Part shown: positions 62,042-64,000 of the stretch, one piece after another | Numbering within the stretch: position 1 is the stretch's first letter | How the letters are laid out: every line of letters begins with the position of its first letter | Assembly: GCA_963725075.1 (NCBI GenBank) | Contig: CAVRXA010000017.1 | Span: forward strand, 17,573-81,572 | Length of the DNA: 64,000 bases | Direction: 5' to 3' | Source of the DNA: an uncultured Acidobacteriota bacterium | Lineage (GTDB): Bacteria; Actinomycetota; Acidimicrobiia; Spongiisociales; ZC4RG35 | Program-made: the position numbers and the translations under genes | The notes under the pieces: model-generated | Told to the model about the DNA's origin: nothing | What the model saw: the letters and a program-made list of their open reading frames with translations, nothing else | Database searches by the model: none

Positions 62042-62683
62042 GTGAACCGTGGAGTCCGGTCGTTGTTGGTGGTGGGTGGGGCGTATGTCGCGGCGCAGAT
62101 GATGGCCGACATCGCCAGTCTTCGCATCATCGAGATCGGCGGGCAGGCCGTCGACGCCGGCACCCTCATCTACCCCTTCACGTTCACGCTGCGCGACCTG
62201 GTGCACAAAATCGCCGGGAAGTCGGCGGCGAGGACACTGATCTTCCTCGCTGCCGGGATCAACGTGTTCATGGCGGCCTTCTTCTGGTTGGTGTCTCGTC
62301 TCCCCCCCGACCAGGTCACCGGGCCGCAGCTCGAGTTCGGGGTGGTCCTCGCCCCGGTCTGGGGCATCGTCGTGGCGTCGATCATTGCCGAGATCGCCTC
62401 CGAGCTGATCGACACCGAGGCGTATTCACGCTGGGTGGCGCGGTTCGGCGAGGACAAGCAATGGGGCCGGGTCCTGTTCAGCAACGCGATCGCCATCCCG
62501 GTCGACTCTGCTGTCTTTGTTGGTCTGGCGACCCTGTTCGGAGTCTTCCCACCCGAGGTGGCGTGGTCGATCTTGTGGGTGAATGTGGTTCTCAAGGCCT
62601 TGATCACCGTGATCTCGATCCCCTGGATCTACTGGGTCCGCCCCGAGCCGCTGGCGGCGACTTACACCCAAAATGGTCGTTAA
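62042..62683 (+). CDS. yhhQ: queuosine precursor transporter (YhhQ / VUT family)
   Basis: Polytopic membrane protein with LIYPFTFTLRDLVHK and the characteristic C-terminal KALITVISIPWIY. Confidence 0.85.
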   Translation: MNRGVRSLLVVGGAYVAAQMMADIASLRIIEIGGQAVDAGTLIYPFTFTLRDLVHKIAGKSAARTLIFLAAGINVFMAAFFWLVSRLPPDQVTGPQLEFGVVLAPVWGIVVASIIAEIASELIDTEAYSRWVARFGEDKQWGRVLFSNAIAIPVDSAVFVGLATLFGVFPPEVAWSILWVNVVLKALITVISIPWIYWVRPEPLAATYTQNGR

Positions 62684-62695
62684 TGTGACTTGTCG

Positions 62696-62713
62696 GGCAG
62701 GGGGTTCCCTGCC
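62696..62713 (+). terminator. weak candidate hairpin after yhhQ
   Basis: GGCAGGG-ggtt-CCCTGCC followed by gTTcacatatat. The U-tract is poor. Confidence 0.3.
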
Positions 62714-62739
62714 GTTCACATATATGGAGGACTATCAGC

Positions 62740-63921
62740 GTGAAACGCTATTTGCGGTATCTCGCTCTGATCTCCGCCCTGGCACTGGTCCTCGCGGCCT
62801 GTGGGGGCGGCGAAAGCGGAGATACCACCACTACGGCGGGCGAGGCCACAACCTCCGCCGCCGCCGAGCCCACCACGACGGCGGGTGAGGCAACCACCAC
62901 ATCGGCCGCCGGCGACACCACGACGACGGCAGGTGCAGCCCCGGACGGCACCGGCCGCACCGTGGGCATGGCTTTCGATGTCGGCGGGCGTGGCGACCTG
63001 TCGTTCAACGACCTGGCGGCCCTCGCCTGGGATGATGCCATCGCGAATTATGGGGTCACGGGCGAAGAACTGGCGCCCGATGCCGGTGGCGAGAACCGTG
63101 AGGAGAACCTGCGTCTCTTGGCAGAGTCCGGCATGGAGCTGATCATCGCCAACGGATTCGCGTTCGCCCAGAACGTGTGGCGCGTCGGCACCGAGTTCCC
63201 CGACACCCTGTTCGCCATCACCGATGACTGCCCGCAAGACGACACCTTCACCGTGGTGGAGATGCCCAACGTCCGCTGCATGCTCTTCTCCGAGGAGCAG
63301 GGCTCGTTCCTGATGGGTGTGGCTGCCGCGCTGAAGAGCACGACAGGTACCGTCGGGTTCATCGGTGGCGTCGAAGTGCCACTGATCCTCAAGTTCCAGG
63401 CTGGTTTCGAGGCCGGGGCGCTTGCAGCCAACCCCGACATAACGATCCTGCCTGCCGTGTACCTGACCCAGGTGCCCGACTTCACCGGGTTCAACGACCC
63501 GGTCAAGGGCAAGGAAGCCGCTCTGGCACTGTACGGCCAGGGGGCGGATGTCATCTTCCACGCCGCAGGCGGTTCCGGTCTCGGTTTGTTCGAGGCCGCG
63601 GCGGAGCTGTCGACCGACGACAGCTTCCTCTGGGCCATCGGCGTCGACTCCGACCAGTACGAGTCGGTGGGTGATCCGGCCCTGCAGGAGCACATCCTGA
63701 CCTCGATGCTGAAGCGGGTCGATGTGGCCGTGGACAAGGCCATCGTCGATTTCCTCAACGACGAGTTCACCCCCGGCGGCGTCCGTCTCGGGCTGGCCGA
63801 GGGTGGCATCGGCTACTCGGAGTCGGGTGGCTTCGTGGATGACATCAAGGCTGACCTGGACGGCTACGCCGAGCAGATCATCTCCGGGGAGATCACGGTT
63901 CCCACAGAGCCAGGGGCCTGA
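62740..63921 (+). CDS. BMP-family (PnrA/Med-like) ABC transporter substrate-binding lipoprotein
   Basis: GTG start with GGAGG upstream. It has the lipobox LVLAAC, a Thr/Ala-rich linker, and then VGMAFDVGGRGDLSFND and GVDSDQ, which are typical of BMP nucleoside-binding proteins. Confidence 0.88.
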   Translation: MKRYLRYLALISALALVLAACGGGESGDTTTTAGEATTSAAAEPTTTAGEATTTSAAGDTTTTAGAAPDGTGRTVGMAFDVGGRGDLSFNDLAALAWDDAIANYGVTGEELAPDAGGENREENLRLLAESGMELIIANGFAFAQNVWRVGTEFPDTLFAITDDCPQDDTFTVVEMPNVRCMLFSEEQGSFLMGVAAALKSTTGTVGFIGGVEVPLILKFQAGFEAGALAANPDITILPAVYLTQVPDFTGFNDPVKGKEAALALYGQGADVIFHAAGGSGLGLFEAAAELSTDDSFLWAIGVDSDQYESVGDPALQEHILTSMLKRVDVAVDKAIVDFLNDEFTPGGVRLGLAEGGIGYSESGGFVDDIKADLDGYAEQIISGEITVPTEPGA

Positions 63922-63943
63922 CAGAAGGCAGTCCTGCTAACTT

Positions 63944-63980
63944 GCGCCGGGCCCAGATTCCTGGGCCCGGCGTTCTATTT
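63944..63980 (+). terminator. intrinsic terminator after the BMP lipoprotein gene
   Basis: A 12-13-bp GC stem gcgccgggcccag/ctgggcccggcg with loop attc, followed by TTCTATTT. Confidence 0.65.
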
Positions 63981-64000
63981 GGACAGGGGAGATGGCTCAG

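Noticed and set aside
62800-62950. Tandem-like TTTAGEATT / Thr-Ala-rich repeats
   Set aside because: They lie inside the lipoprotein linker directly after the lipobox Cys. This is a common low-complexity tether, not an independent repeat element.

Overview
This is a high-GC chromosomal backbone segment from an actinobacterium (Actinomycetota). The assignment is inferred from gene content and order: clpC1, lysS, panC, folK-folB-folP-folE, ftsH, hpt, tilS, holB-tmk-topA and a Tad/Flp pilus locus resemble the M. tuberculosis Rv3596c-Rv3660c region and the Streptomyces topA-tmk-holB arrangement. A SigH/SigR-type ECF sigma factor paired with a ZAS anti-sigma factor fits the same assignment.

I can support about 75 protein-coding genes and two tRNAs: tRNA-Sec (anticodon TCA) and tRNA-Thr (CGT). 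I also call a few intrinsic terminators and some candidate regulatory sites. I found no rRNA, CRISPR array, transposase, integrase or recognisable defence island, so most of the window is ordinary housekeeping DNA.

The following deserve a second look:
- At least 10 conserved genes are broken by single-nucleotide frameshifts, including the essential lysS and folB. This looks like assembly indel error rather than biology.
- The selC tRNA has no sel genes next to it.
- A structured 320-bp intergenic region (9.2-9.5 kb) carries duplicated perfect Shine-Dalgarno / anti-SD-like motifs and a 13-bp-stem terminator.
- AT-rich tandem heptamer arrays (TTYTACG)x4-5 follow the ftsH and folE stop codons.
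- A reverse-strand three-gene cassette (a 46-aa ORF absent from the track, an RHH-domain protein and a DUF4097 protein) sits between ftsH and folE, with three TGTCA/TGACA palindromes in its promoter region.
- A catalytically dead dual-specificity-phosphatase-like ORF lies inside the folate operon.
- A PD-(D/E)XK nuclease gene abuts tRNA-Thr.
- A small islet after clpC1 holds an M15 peptidase and a heavily decayed AbiEi/DUF559-like gene.

I did not recognise a convincing novel multi-gene system. All functional calls rest on motif and family recognition by eye; no database search was run.
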